From the NCBI GenBank assembly GCA_046563655.1, contig CM102287.1, positions 7,626,001-7,690,000 on the forward strand: DNA of 64,000 bases. Direction: 5' to 3'. This DNA comes from Yuukianura sp. NJ FZ-2021 (Eukaryota). The notes beneath the pieces were generated by a model. The model was not told where the DNA came from. It saw nothing but the letters and a program-made list of their open reading frames with translations, and ran no database searches. The first letter of the stretch is position 1, and each line of letters begins with the position of its first letter. Both the position numbers and the translations under genes were made by a program. Of the stretch, positions 30,158 through 42,699 are shown in pieces.

Positions 30158-33100
30158 ATGAATTCTCACATTCTTCTGACTCTACTGTCCCATTTTTCTG
30201 GAAAGTGGATCTCTGGAGCAATTGGGCGTAAGAAAACTTTGTCAATTGTCAATTCCTTAATTTTAAAATCTTTAATAAAATATAAATCTTTAATCTCCTA
30301 ATATTTTTAAAATTTTGTCAAATTTTCGTGTTTGAGTTTTTCCCTCGATTTTTTGCAGAAGATCTCCGCCAGTTTTTAATTTTACAAGAATTCGACTTTA
30401 ACTTTTTTGAAGCAAAGAAAAGTAGACGTTTAGATTATGTTTTAGTTATTTTTTGTTTTTGGATTTTTAATTTTTTGAAAAGTTGTTGAAACTTTCTTTT
30501 TGCATTTTTGCTAGACAAATGTCCCGGACTTATAGCAGATTCCAGAACGTCGTCGCACGGAAACTTCTCGTCTCCAGCATGGCCAGCTCCATACCCACCA
30601 GATGCTGTTTGCAACTACAAACTGCAGGGTGTTCCTTGGGAAGGGGTCAAAATCACATTCTACCACTTTGACCTTGAGCCTCCTTATACTGCTGGATGCT
30701 TGTCGGACTACTTGGAACTGGCCACTGTCGATGTCGAAGGGACACGGACATTTCGCGGCCGATTTTGTGGAAACTCCGTTCCACCGCCAATACTTCTACT
30801 GCATCCTACAGTGGAACTTGTCTTTCGATCTAATCATGCCGTTCATCACGAAGGATTCTTCGCCTCTTATGAATTTATTGATGAAGGTCAAGTTCGGTTT
30901 TAAAAATCATTTTGTTTAGATTTTTAATGTGTGATAAATTGGAATTTCAGTTAATGTTACTCCACCGCGCCTCAACGGAACTTCACCATGTGGAGACGTT
31001 GAAACTGGAATTGGCGGAGTCATCTCCTCTCCAGGTATGCCATCCTGTTCAATTCAGTTCAACAACTTAAATTTTTTTGGAAAAGTAGTTCAAAATTGTC
31101 AACTTTTTCAAAAAATGGAGTAATTTCAACATTTTTTTGAATTGTCAAGGGTATCCCATTGGCTATCCAGCGGGGCTGGACTGTCTCTGGCTCATTCGTG
31201 TTCCCTATTCTCATGCCATTTATATCCGAATTCAACAACTTGAGTTTCAAGGGTCCATTGGTAAAACCTTCAAAATTTAATTCAAAAATTTTTTAAATTT
31301 TAAACGTTTAAGAAACGAAATCAATTCAAATCTGGTTTCGTGTTCAGCAAATTGTGAAAAAGCAGAACTTGGTATTTATGACGGGTATGAGCACTCACTG
31401 GAAAGCGGAGAAGCACTCAAGCGATACTGCGGAGATTTGAGATACTACAAGGTACATGTCGACCTTTGACCTCTAGTTTTTCTGTTTTGTTTTTTGAAAT
31501 TTTGAAAATATTTGGTATAAGGTAACTGCCATTCGATAATATTGAGAATCTGGAATTAGAAAATTTTAACTAAAAGGAACATTTTTTTTCTTAAACGGCG
31601 TCGTAACGATTTGTAACAATTTCCGCGAGGTCTAGGTCGTTTAGCAGGCAGTCTCATTGGTGGAACCATTGGCCAATGGGGAGAGCGTCTTTCATATTAT
31701 TTTTATACAAGATTATATGCAAATTCATACAATTAAATGTTTTTTTATTATTCAACAGGGCGAGGATGAGCGTGTACTGCTGTCTTCCAGGAACAGACTT
31801 TTGATTCGATTCCAAACGCGTGAACCATCCAAACCAGTAGTGACCTCGGGATCTTCCGTTGACCTCAATGTTGGGTTCCGACTGATTTGGTCTGACGTGG
31901 AATTCAATACTCCTGGTAAGCAATATTCCCATGATTGACTCAATTAAAAGTAATGCTCTGCAACAATTAATCTTGGAAATCAAAACTAACAATAAGTAAG
32001 CAAAGATGCTTGAAACTCTAATTTTTTTTTGCAAACTTAGAAAATTGCTCCAAGCAGTCCAGATTCGCATGTACAGAAGCCCGCTTCTGTTTTACGAAGA
32101 ATCACATCGGCGGAACATCCAACTGCCCAGACATTCGTCACTACTGTATCTCCAGTGACCTCGTCTGTGACAACTTGGCACACTGCAGTGAACAAGATGC
32201 TTCAGATGAACAAAATTGTAACAAATCTTCTTTCTGATGTTGAAATTCTTAGAATTGGCTTAAAACGTTTTAACCCAAGTATTTCCGTAGGTTACCGGGA
32301 AGGTACCGTCCTGTTTCTAATTCTGGCGCCCTTGGGACTTCTCCTATTGAGCCTATTTCTGTGCTTCCTTTGTTGTAAACGGGCCGCAGTATTGCAAATC
32401 CCACAAAAGAATGGTCAGCAAAACGTTGTTAAGGCGGATCAAGGGCCCCCGAATTGTTGGAGTAAAGGGTCCGGGCCAGAGAGCAACAAAAGTACGCATG
32501 GTCATGCATTTCTAGGAAATATGGATTTGGCTCCTATTCCAAGGCTCCCTATAACCCTTGGACCACATCCGGAGTAAGATTAAACATCGCTTGACCTCAG
32601 ATGACCTTCCTACAATGTCATGAGTCCTTCTTTTGTCATATTTTAAGGTGCTCCCCTGGGGCCTCGGAAATCGTCTCCCCAGCATCCGGATTTTCAGACA
32701 CCGAATCAGATTCTGGAAGTGGACAATTTCTCCAGCATTTGGCGTACTGTCCAGCACATGGTCCAGTTGGTCCTCTGCGGCACTTTCCACTTCCATACCC
32801 TCTACTTCCGGTATTGCAAGAAGGCAGTGGCTATGGCAGTGAAACTTATGACGAAGGTGGCAGCACAATCTCCAGCCAAAATTCGGAAGATCTGCTGAAC
32901 GTGAGCGTTCTTTACGAAAAGGATTTTGACGAGCCGAGTTCCAAAGCAATTCAAACGTGGCGCCTACATCAACTCCGACGTAGTATCCGTCGCAGTGATG
33001 CTGTTTGCATGTCAGATGATGGCAAAAGTTCTGGAGCCTCAAGTCCATCTCGTATTTGTCCAAGATGTTTAGAAAAGGAAGGTCGAATTGTGAGCACGCA

Positions 33101-33368
33101 GAGTTCATTGACCTCTGCTGGAGTTCAGTTTGACTCTGGTGTGGACTCGTTGAAAAATGTGAGTTTCGACACGGCCACTTCTTCTGACCTCTCCATGTCG
33201 AGACACACTGGGTATCTGGGACATTTCAATAATGCTTCCATTCAGACGGATGACCTTGGAGATTCTTCGACCACCACCAACGACAGTTTTTGCACCACAG
33301 TGACAACATTTGGAGTCAAGGACGCTGGAAGAGAGGTACAGAAAACAGCTAAAGCGACGGATGTTTGA
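30158..33368 (+). CDS. CUB-CUB-LDLa single-pass membrane protein (Neto/Culd-like) with long Ser-rich cytoplasmic tail
   Basis: CUB1 GNFSSPAWPAPYPPDAVCNY...GRFCG; CUB2 GVISSPGYPLAIQRGLDCLW...RYCG; LDLa CISSDLVCDNLAHC; TM VLFLILAPLGLLLLSLFLCFLCC; C-terminal ATDV, a class I PDZ-ligand-like motif. The first exon is less certain. Confidence 0.8.
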
Positions 33369-33714
33369 TGCTCTCGTGTCGTTTAGAATTTCCAAACTGA
33401 ATTTGAAGTATGAATCCAATGAATTGAGTAAACGTTCCCGAAACTGCAATAAAACTACAACTTGAAGTAAACTAGTCAATCATGTGAATATCATGAACCA
33501 ACCATTTTTCCATTTTTCTACCAATCCAATGGCCTACTTTTTCGAATCCTATTTTTGAAAAGGAAACTCCTTAGTTTTTTCCAAACTCCTCACTTCCAGT
33601 TCTTGCTAAATTCAGACCCCACTCACTTCATTTTCTGTCTAGTCAGGAAGCATTAGAAATTAAAAACCAAGTTTAAAAACAATACAATTGAAAATGTTGT
33701 ACTGCGCAGTTTTT

Positions 33715-34465
33715 GACAGTGAACTCCGAAATTTGGAAATTTTCCGAAAACTCCGAAGCACTTTTCGTCTCCAGCATGGCGAGATGCATTACCTCTAGAT
33801 GCTGTTTGTAAGTACAGGCTAATGGGTGCCCTTTGGGAAGGCGCCAAAATCACATTCTACCCCTTTGACCTTGAACCTCCTTATACTGCTAGATGCTTGT
33901 CGGACTACTTGGAACTGGCTACTGTCGATGTTCAGGGGACGAAGACTTTTCGCGGCCAATTTTGTGGAAACTCCGTTCCACCGCTGTTGGATTCTGATTG
34001 ATTTGGTCTGATGTGGAAATTCCACGGTTGAATTCAGTAGTCAAAGTACGCAATAATACATTCTCATGAATGGCTCAATTACGACTGATGCTATGGAACA
34101 ATCTTAATTAATATTGGAAAGAAAAAGTTATGATAAAATTGAAACGGAGTTTTTTCTTTGGAAACGTAGGAAATTGCTTGAAGGAGTCCAGATTCGCATG
34201 AACAGAAGCTCGTTTCTGTTTACAACGAATTACATCGGGGGTACATCCAACTGTCCAGACGTTCGTCACTACTACATCTCCAATGACCTTGTCTGTGACA
34301 ACTTGGCACACTGCAGTGAACAAGATGCTTCTGATGAGCAAATATGTAACAAATCTATTTTTCTCCTGATGTTGAAATTTCTGCAAATGTGTAAATTTTA
34401 ATGTTTAGTAAGAATCCAATGATCGAGTAATCTCCCTCAACGGCAATAAAATTACTCTTTGAAGG
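33715..34465 (+). pseudogene. Degenerate partial tandem copy of the CUB-LDLa gene
   Basis: 33760-33985 matches CUB1 exon 30560-30787, then jumps to the CUB2 exon end. It continues with an intron, the LDLa exon (34170-34346), the next intron start and a 3'UTR-like piece (34410-34465 resembles 33411-33467). Frameshifts and a lost donor are present. Confidence 0.85.
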
Positions 34466-34701
34466 AATGGCTCCATAAAAAGTGTGCGGATAAACCGTCC
34501 AATCGGAGTTCAGCTTCCTTCACCCAGTTTGTAGGTGGAAAAACGAATTACTCCCAGTTCCACCCAATCCCTTATTCTTTAGTAAATTGTCGAGAATTTT
34601 GCTAAAAGATTTTTGCGTCGGTTTGTCAGTAAGGGTCAGAAGTTGAAGCAGGAAAGACAGTTAATCAATTCATTTCAAATCATTTAGTAAAACCAATAAC
34701 T

Positions 34702-35950
34702 ATGTACTATTGCTCGGTGTTTGAGAAGGACAAGAAGCATCTTGGTAGCAGCTTCAGTTTTGCCTATGTTCTTGGCGACACAATAGAACAAGGTGTGCGG
34801 GTGGTTATTGAAAAGCGAAAGTCTGACGGTAATGATCCAATGATTCCATAAAAAATATTTGTCAAACGGATTTGTGAAATTAAAGCAAGGATTGGTATTG
34901 GGCGGAACCCCAGCGTGAATATTTCGCATTCTCGTTCATAACTGAAGAGAATAGTACTTGAGCTTTCATTCGTGTTTTTTTTTTGTTTCAAATTAATAAT
35001 TTTCATGTTTATTTTCAGGATCAACGGTATATGCCAGCGGAGACTTTCAAAAGGGCGGACAAAAAATTCGGATTGTCGAATTACCCGGGATGAAGTTCTT
35101 GCTCCAAGGAGAAATGCGAGTGAAAGATGGACGGGGCGGGTATTCGAATGAGACCGGATGCTCTATGGTGTTGAAAGTAACAAACCAAAGTAAGTTTTCG
35201 AAACTAGATTTCTAAAATTGATATGGAAAGCATTAGTAAGGTACGAAAGCTTTAGTTCTGAAATTTGACTTTTTCCATAGGAGTGTATAACTCCGCAGTC
35301 AAAGCATGGAACGAAAATGTCGAGGACGGTGCCGTTGATAAGATGGTGAGTTGTTAAATCCTACCCTGATTTTTGTTTTGGAGTTACAAGTTAGATTGCT
35401 TGTCATCGCTTCACATTAACTTTAGACCTTGGAATAAATTAGAGGTTTAGGTATTTATGTAGTACGAATTTCAAATGCGTTTATTGGAAGCAAGATTTTT
35501 ATTGATATAATGCTAAATAGATACGGGATACGTCTTTCAGGGGCTTCTAGTAACTGCAACCATTACGGGGTGTACATCATTATAATAGCCAACGGTGGAG
35601 GGTAGAGGGTTGGGTTTGCTTTCTCCACAGTCTACGCTTTCACTTTGCATGAGTTCCAAAGTTTAATCGGAAAACTCCCTTCTTGGTTTACTTCTTTGCC
35701 TGCATTGAATATGAAGTAACATGAACGCATCTGAATTAATTATTAAACACTATCGATTTAATTAACATCTTGATTTTATTATGCCTCTGTATTGCGTGAA
35801 TCTTGGTTCGTTGCTCAAACTATCGCTTTCTCTTTGATTTCAAACGAACAATGTCAATAATTGTTGATTAAAAACTAAATCTGGATTCTGTTGATTCATT
35901 TTCAGGAAGCAGCGAGTCCCGAAGAGGTACGAGACTATGGAGAGTTGTAG
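34702..35950 (+). CDS. Small orphan protein (~135 aa); exons 34702-34828, 35019-35189, 35281-35345, 35906-35950
   Basis: Four exons join via canonical GT-AG with consistent phases (1,1,0) from ATG to TAG with no internal stop. Not in the ORF track; no family recognised. Confidence 0.55.
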
Positions 35951-36187
35951 TTACTATTAATAACAAAAAGCTTTGTTTACAATAAATCATTGCATCAAAT
36001 TGGGAAAAAACACATTTCGAATTTTTACGGAGGTAATGGTTCTTGGTTTATTGTACCCAAACGATCTCTTGGAGTGGAAACACTTTTTGGTAAGACCATA
36101 AGACCAAACGTTTCGTTTACACTAAACGAATAAACGAAACGTTTGTAAGGTTGTGCTCACAATGCACTTTCCTGAGGAATTTTGCTC

Positions 36188-39100
36188 TTAAAGTGTCCAC
36201 TGAAGACAGATACTGCCTATGGTTGCACTCATAACAAGAAGGAGACGCGCAGTAACTGCAAAGCCCGACGCAAGGCGGCACTTGAGCATGTCATAACGCG
36301 TTTTGTTGTTGTTCACGAGGCTAAGGAACTCGGCTTCTACGAGTTGTCCGTCGTAGTAAGTAATCTGGTCCTCAAATGGATACTCGTATCCCTGAAGACA
36401 CTGGAAAAGGTAAGCGGCTATTAATACACAATTCCGAAACAGATTGTAGAATTTCATTACAGATCTCGACTACTAAAAGAGATTTTCACCACTAACCTCA
36501 CATTTGTAGCCACCCGTCTCGAACCAACGCCCTTGAATTGGTACGCAGTACGATGTTTCCCGGTCACATTTGTCCGTTCCCTTAAAAGCATTCGGTGTAG
36601 AATAATCATCCTGGCACTGGTTCATGTCTAATTTGTCTAGTTTCATTGTAACAGTTACAATCCCCCTGAGAACAGAACAGAAATGTCAACCTTTACATTC
36701 AAAGAATTCAAAAAAATTATAACGCGCAGGCCTTACTTGAATTCGAGGTTGATTCGAAGCGAGTCCCAACCGAAGAACGGTGCAGAGTAGGAGATGGACC
36801 ACAACGGAACGAGGCCACCGCAGTCGAAATAAGGTGGTGTCCAGTGCCCATGCTTTATACTTGCTGCTCGGTAAAACGTTGGATACTGTTCAAACTTCTG
36901 AAGAAATCCTCCGGTTTCGTTGTTCCTCAAGTGTAATTTCAAGTAGTGCTTTTCCAAGTCCTCATAATTCGTAGCCCACCGATTTTTGAGTGACTTGAAC
37001 CATGGTTTGTTCAGATAGACTTCCTCTAAACAAAATTTTCAATGAGTTTTATGAAAAAAAAGCGTTTGAAACGTATTTCAAAAAAAAACGCAGTTGAAAT
37101 TACAAAAGCTGGAAAGGTGTGGCTCACTTGTACTGTTAAGACGTGCCAAGTCTTGCATTTTGAATGACCTTGTATTTTCCTCTGTCTTGTACGCGAATGG
37201 TGCAAAAAGTGTCCTGTTCGTAAATTTGTTTCTGTCCCAGTACATTCCCGAACTCCAAATTTTAGAATTTCCTAAAACGATTGCTAGAGTTTCTCCCATC
37301 ATTTGATCTTCCGAAAGATCTTTGTCTAAAATATAAATTCAAACTCTTGAACAACTTCGCATAGAGTTAATTTTCGTGTTGAATTATGTTACCTGGAACC
37401 CGCTTTCCAGGAAATACTTCTTCAGGATCCACAATTTGCAGATACGACGAAAGAAAATTGGCAAGTCGAACAGCCATAAGCGCTTCATTTTCGTATTGTT
37501 CTTCTGCGCCATAGCCAATGTCACCGTTCAGTATCAAATCCTTAGGATTGAACCTGAAAAACCAACAGGATTTCATAACATGTACTTTAATCTCCGAATT
37601 TACTTTTTTATTAGTGTTCTACTTACAATTTACACGTCGTCTCATTCACAACCTTGAGAAATCGAAGAATGCTGTCCACATTCAGATTCTTTTGTTCCAG
37701 AATTGTTGGGTCATTCAAATCTTCCTCTGGTCGAGGGAACCAGCTAAAATTTCGGTAGTTGTAGTGCAGATCCAAGTATTTCTCACGAACGTACCACGGA
37801 GCAACTTCCCATTGTACTGGCAATTTCTGAATCCCTGGAATTCGAACAAAAATTATAGTCATTGTTGTAAGTGAACGAAAATCAGCCTTCTGATTGGTTG
37901 GTCCATCACTTACATCCTATTTTTTCACAATTGAAGTACTTTCGATACTGCTTTTCGGAACTTCGTTCAATAATCTCTCCAAGGTACGGTCTTCTGACCA
38001 AGTAAGGCAGACGATATCCCGGACGACATTCTGAAATCAAAAATTTTTGTTAGAAATTGAAAATTTCCTTGCTGAAGGAACCATCAAGGTTTCAAAATCA
38101 GTTGAAACTTACGGCATTGGTAGCCCCCTCGGCGGAATCCGTATCCTTGAAGGGGATCGCACTAATTAAGTTTTAAGAAATTCAAAATTCAAAAACTAAG
38201 AAAAACTTTCAGGACTTCCAATTTCGAAAGTTGGAATTTAAAACTTATCAAACCTCGGTCGTATCTTCTTTACATTGAGCCGTTCCAGCGAACGGATTTG
38301 GTCCAGGATTTCCAAGTCCAAGTGGGCATTGATTAATGTCAATTCGCTCAAAATCTGGATTCAAAGTTCATAATTTAAGCTAAAGCTAATTCAGTCATTC
38401 AAAATTTCATATTCGAAACTTCATGGATTTGGAAAATATGATTTCAGCTACTATTTTTTCCAAAAGTTGAGAGGTTACCCATTTCCATAACGGAGACAGC
38501 AGTATACGTAGGGTACTCAATATGCCTAAATCCAGTATGTCTTGGGTAAATATCTGCAATTGGCACTACAGCTCCGATGATCCACTTGTTGGATCTTCCG
38601 CAGTCAAAGTAAGGGCGTGTCCACTTGACAGGCCCAATTGGTTCTACAAATTACAGCAAAAAAGCATAAGAAGAGTTCAACTTTAAAAAAAAACATGAAA
38701 TTTTTAACCTTAAGACTTCGTTACCTTCAGCCCCGAGAGGTCCATGGAAGGTGTAAGTTTCGTTGGTGTTGTTCGCGTATCGGATTTCCACTTGATATGT
38801 CGTTTTCGTATCGTGACGGTCAACGACATTGTCCGGCAACCATGCTTTGTACCATTCATTAATTCGGTAGTACTCGGTTGTGTAGTTGAAACTTTGACTT
38901 CCGGGAGGAACTGCACCCAAGTCCTTCACCTCAAACGTATTCAGAGTTGAAATTCGTTCCAAGTGAATCGGATCGTTGTAGTCGTCTGCCCTGAAACGAC
39001 GAAAAAAAAAGAGTTAAAAATCCAACAATTTTGAATTTATCCAAAAATTTCAAATTACTTTACTCACCTAAACGTCCGAGGTGCAAACAATGGAAACGTT

Positions 39101-39567
39101 TTGTTAAAAAACCCGCGATAGGACGGTGAGAACGACGAATTCGGTGAAAAGTAGATGGCACTTGCATTGATTCTTGGATTTGCTGCGACATCAGCCAATG
39201 TTGACAGGAAGTAGTACATCATTCCAGGGTCATAAGTGTCATTAATCGCTGGACGGATGAATCTGGCTTGAAGAATATAAGAATAGTAGAAGGCACGACT
39301 CAGCGCCATGTTATGTAAGTGTAGCAAGGCTGTCCGATTGGGCAGAATTGGATTGATGTTGACCTCTTTGATGTCTGGCTTGTGCGTTACGGTGTCTTCG
39401 GGAAGGAAGAGTGCTGCCCTCTGCATGATTTGGCAGTTGTCAGGCGTCACCATGTCGTATTTGTACTTGATCTCATCAAATCTGTCCCGTGTTTGCCAAC
39501 CAAACTGTGCTTGGGTTATCCAAAAACACCAAACAGTGAACACAACGGCGGTCAAAACTGAAGCCAT
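36188..39567 (-). CDS. Secreted or GPI-type protein with two tandem GPR158-like ectodomain modules (dCache-like plus EGF-like), no 7TM
   Basis: Signal peptide. Repeat 1: WTRPYFDCGRSNKW...IDINQCP...C...GFRRGGYQCRCRPG. Repeat 2: WTPPYFDCGG...LDMNQC...NAFKGTDKCD...GGYKCECLQGY. Hydrophobic C-terminus LLLVMSATIGSICLQWTL. Confidence 0.75.
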
Positions 39568-39985
39568 TTTAAAACCGGAGACAAAGAATGTAATACCGGT
39601 AAGATTAGAAAGCGCGGCTAATTTAAATCCTAAGTAAACTATTCAGCCGTTTAGGTTCACCATTTTAAAACTAAAACCTAACTTTTTGGCACTTTTCTTT
39701 TTTAACTTCCAGCGTACACAACAATGTAATGGACTGAACCCGTCGAATCCGCCCCACCTTACATATCTAAACATCATCAACAATTCCTATAGGAAGAAAG
39801 AAGATGAGTCAACCGAATGCTTAGTAAAAAATACAAAACAATGGGGTTTGTTGGACTCGCGCCACAGAGTTTTCACCTGCTACAAATTCCTTTCCCCCAC
39901 TTAAAAAGAATTGGAAACAGGTACACTACAAGTATTCATGCTGAATCTTAGGTTAACTCTATTCATCCCCCACAGCATTGCTTTA

Positions 39986-40242
39986 GGTGCGTAACCAGAC
40001 ACTTATGCACGGTGACTGATGGACCGATTAGCCGACTGATGGACCGAAGTTCTTAGTCTTATGGACTTTGAATATTTTAAAAAAAAATTCTGTGTCCAAA
40101 GTGTAATTATTGTGCATAGCAGACCATCCATACGACTAATGCGGTCCTTACATGACCGTACATAAGAGTCGCAGAATCAGCCTAACTTAGGCGTTGTAAT
40201 GAATCGGTGGACGGATGGCATTGCCGCCGTGTCTGGTGAACC
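39986..40242. mobile_element. Possible degenerate MITE
   Basis: Short inverted ends (GGTGCGTAACCAGACAC ... GTGTCTGGTGAACC) and an internal direct repeat GACTGATGGACCGA x2; no clear TSD. Confidence 0.3.
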
Positions 40243-40889
40243 AAAACTTTGATCTCTGGAAATCAAAAATAAATTTATTTTCTACACGTATTTAGGATTA
40301 GAATTAATAACCGGACAAAATAGTGTAACTAAGCCGAAAATACTACTAATTTAAAGTTCATCGAAATTTCAGCAGCATCAGTATCCGGATGTACTCCGAC
40401 ATAACCTGAGTGATGATGGGATACCAACTTATTGAATACAGAAAAGAAAAGTATACGCTTATTGCTAAATCTTAAGGGGTTGAAAAGTCGAGGAGTACCA
40501 AATATGAAGAGACGCAAATTGTTAACTTTGTTTTAAAGTGGAGGAGAGTCTGCAATCTGCACGTAAATCGTAACAAAGGAAACTCAGGCTTACATGTTAA
40601 GAGTCGCAATGTCGCTATTTAGGTCTAGTCCAGCTTCGAGGAAGGATGGCAGTTTACACTTCAAATTACTAACGAAACCTAGTATTTTAGTTAACTACAA
40701 AGCAAAAAAAGAGAGGAGCAAATGAATTATGTTGCTTTTCCAGGTATCACATGAAAATTATGATTTGGTAAAAGTTAATGTTGGTTTTACACGTTGACGT
40801 TTGCGTTTCGTTTGTCGTGGAGGAATTAATCGGCTTTGGATTTGATGATGGCGACAACAGAGCGATGGTGTTTTGACGAACCAAGTGGT

Positions 40890-41544
40890 TTAGGCAATGA
40901 CGCAGCTATTGCCGCTTTTGTCCCCTCCTGAAGGTGTATTTGCATCCGCCTTTTCAATTTGCATTAGAATTGACGAAAATATATCCGTGACGGAGTCATT
41001 GTTCTTGGCAGAGGCTTCCAGGAATCCAGCTTTCCAGGACTCGGCAAGTTTCTTTCCTTGTTCCACCGAAACCTTCCGTTCGGAATGAAGGTCTTTCTTA
41101 TTTCCAACAATTGTCAACGGTAGATTCACTTTTCCGGTCATGTCCACCAACTTGTCGTAGATGATTTGAATGACTTCTAGCGAGCGAGGATCAACAATTG
41201 AATAGACGAGAACGTAACCATGAATGTCCATTGAGTACTGAGTTGGAAAGATAGAATACCTATAATACAACAACAATCAATCATCAATCAATCAATGTTC
41301 TTTAAACGTTTTGTATTCTACATTATATTCCAATGGTAAACACTACTTACTCGTCTTGTCCGGCAGTATCGACCAATGTCACCTGGTATTCATCTCCTTT
41401 CACTTTGAACGTTTTTGTGAATGTATTTTCAATTGTTGGCTCATAGGAATCGACAAATTGACCTTCCACAAATTGAATTGTGAGCGAGCTCTTCCCAACT
41501 GATCGGAAACCGAGGACTGCAATTCTCCGTTGTTTGGGAGCCAT
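40890..41544 (-). CDS. Rheb: Small GTPase Rheb, 2 coding exons
   Basis: MAPKQRRIAVLGFRSVGKSSLTIQFVEGQFVDSYEPTIENTF, DTAGQDEYSIFP, VGNKKDL, EASAK and CAAX CVIA. Confidence 0.97.
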
Positions 41545-41595
41545 GTTTCAGATCTAGAAAATTATCAAGTGATTACTTTACATTGTGTGTTTTTA

Positions 41596-41608
41596 AGGTC
41601 ATTGACCT
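41596..41608. promoter_or_regulatory. Perfect IR1 nuclear-receptor element AGGTCA-T-TGACCT (ecdysone-response-element type)
   Basis: Exact palindrome about 50 nt upstream of the Rheb ATG. Confidence 0.45.
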
Positions 41609-42699
41609 TGAGACTAACAAACAACGCAATTTCACAGTTTCAACTTACATTACTTGCGATTTGTGAATTACGAATAGTATACGAAACTGTTAAGTTCTTC
41701 AGACGATATTGAACACCCGAATTTTAGTTACTGCTTACTGCGTAGATAAGGTGGACTTGAATTTAACTGGACAAGTATTACATAAATTGCGATTAACGAA
41801 TTGTAAAAAGTGAAATTGAAAAGTGAATGAAATGAATTCCACTTGCTATAGTGTTGAATTTTCTCACTTTGGAGCCACAATACAAAACGTGATTCTCATC
41901 TGTTCCAAATGTGTCCACACCTTTCTCTGGAAGACTCGTGTCAATTTAGACACAGACGCAAGTGAGGGGCGGAACCCTTCACTATCTTCGTTAACATGAC
42001 ATTGGACAGTCCAATTGGACTTGCATAATGTCTAGGTCACAGGTCAAGGTCATGTCAAATGACCTTGATTATTGATCACATTAGACTCATGTCAATATCT
42101 CTTGACTTTGGTTACAAACGAGACAGTATTTATTTCGTAATTCATAATAAATATAACGTTTAATTTCACACTAAATCTAAACTCAACCATTTTTTAAACT
42201 AAAATGAAAAGTCTTTTAAGTTGTTTGACTTTATCCAGAAAACGACCATCTTTTTAACCCGAGCTAAATTACTAATTACATCAAATAGTACAGAAGACGT
42301 TTTCAAATGTACAAGTTCCAGAAGACTTGTTTCGTTTTTACCCTACTAATCGTGATCAGTTTTTAGAAAACAACTAAAAATCACATAAAATTCTGCAGTT
42401 CAAATCTTCACTATGTTGGTATAAGGTCAACCAAAAAATATAAACGAGAAAAGACCACAAATTATATAAAATCTTTTCAAATGCCTGAAAACAGTTTGAT
42501 CTGTCGTTTTAGATTATCATATCACAAAGACATTTCAAATTAAAAGTTAAACTGCTGAGGAAGTTCACACATATTTAGTATTAAACAGGAGTCAGCATCC
42601 GCCTCCAACCTGTTGTGTGAATTTGTGAACTTTAGTGAGTTGTAAATCGGGATGTCGAGGGGCACTTGACGCCGTGACCTTGAAGTTAAGCTTAACCTC

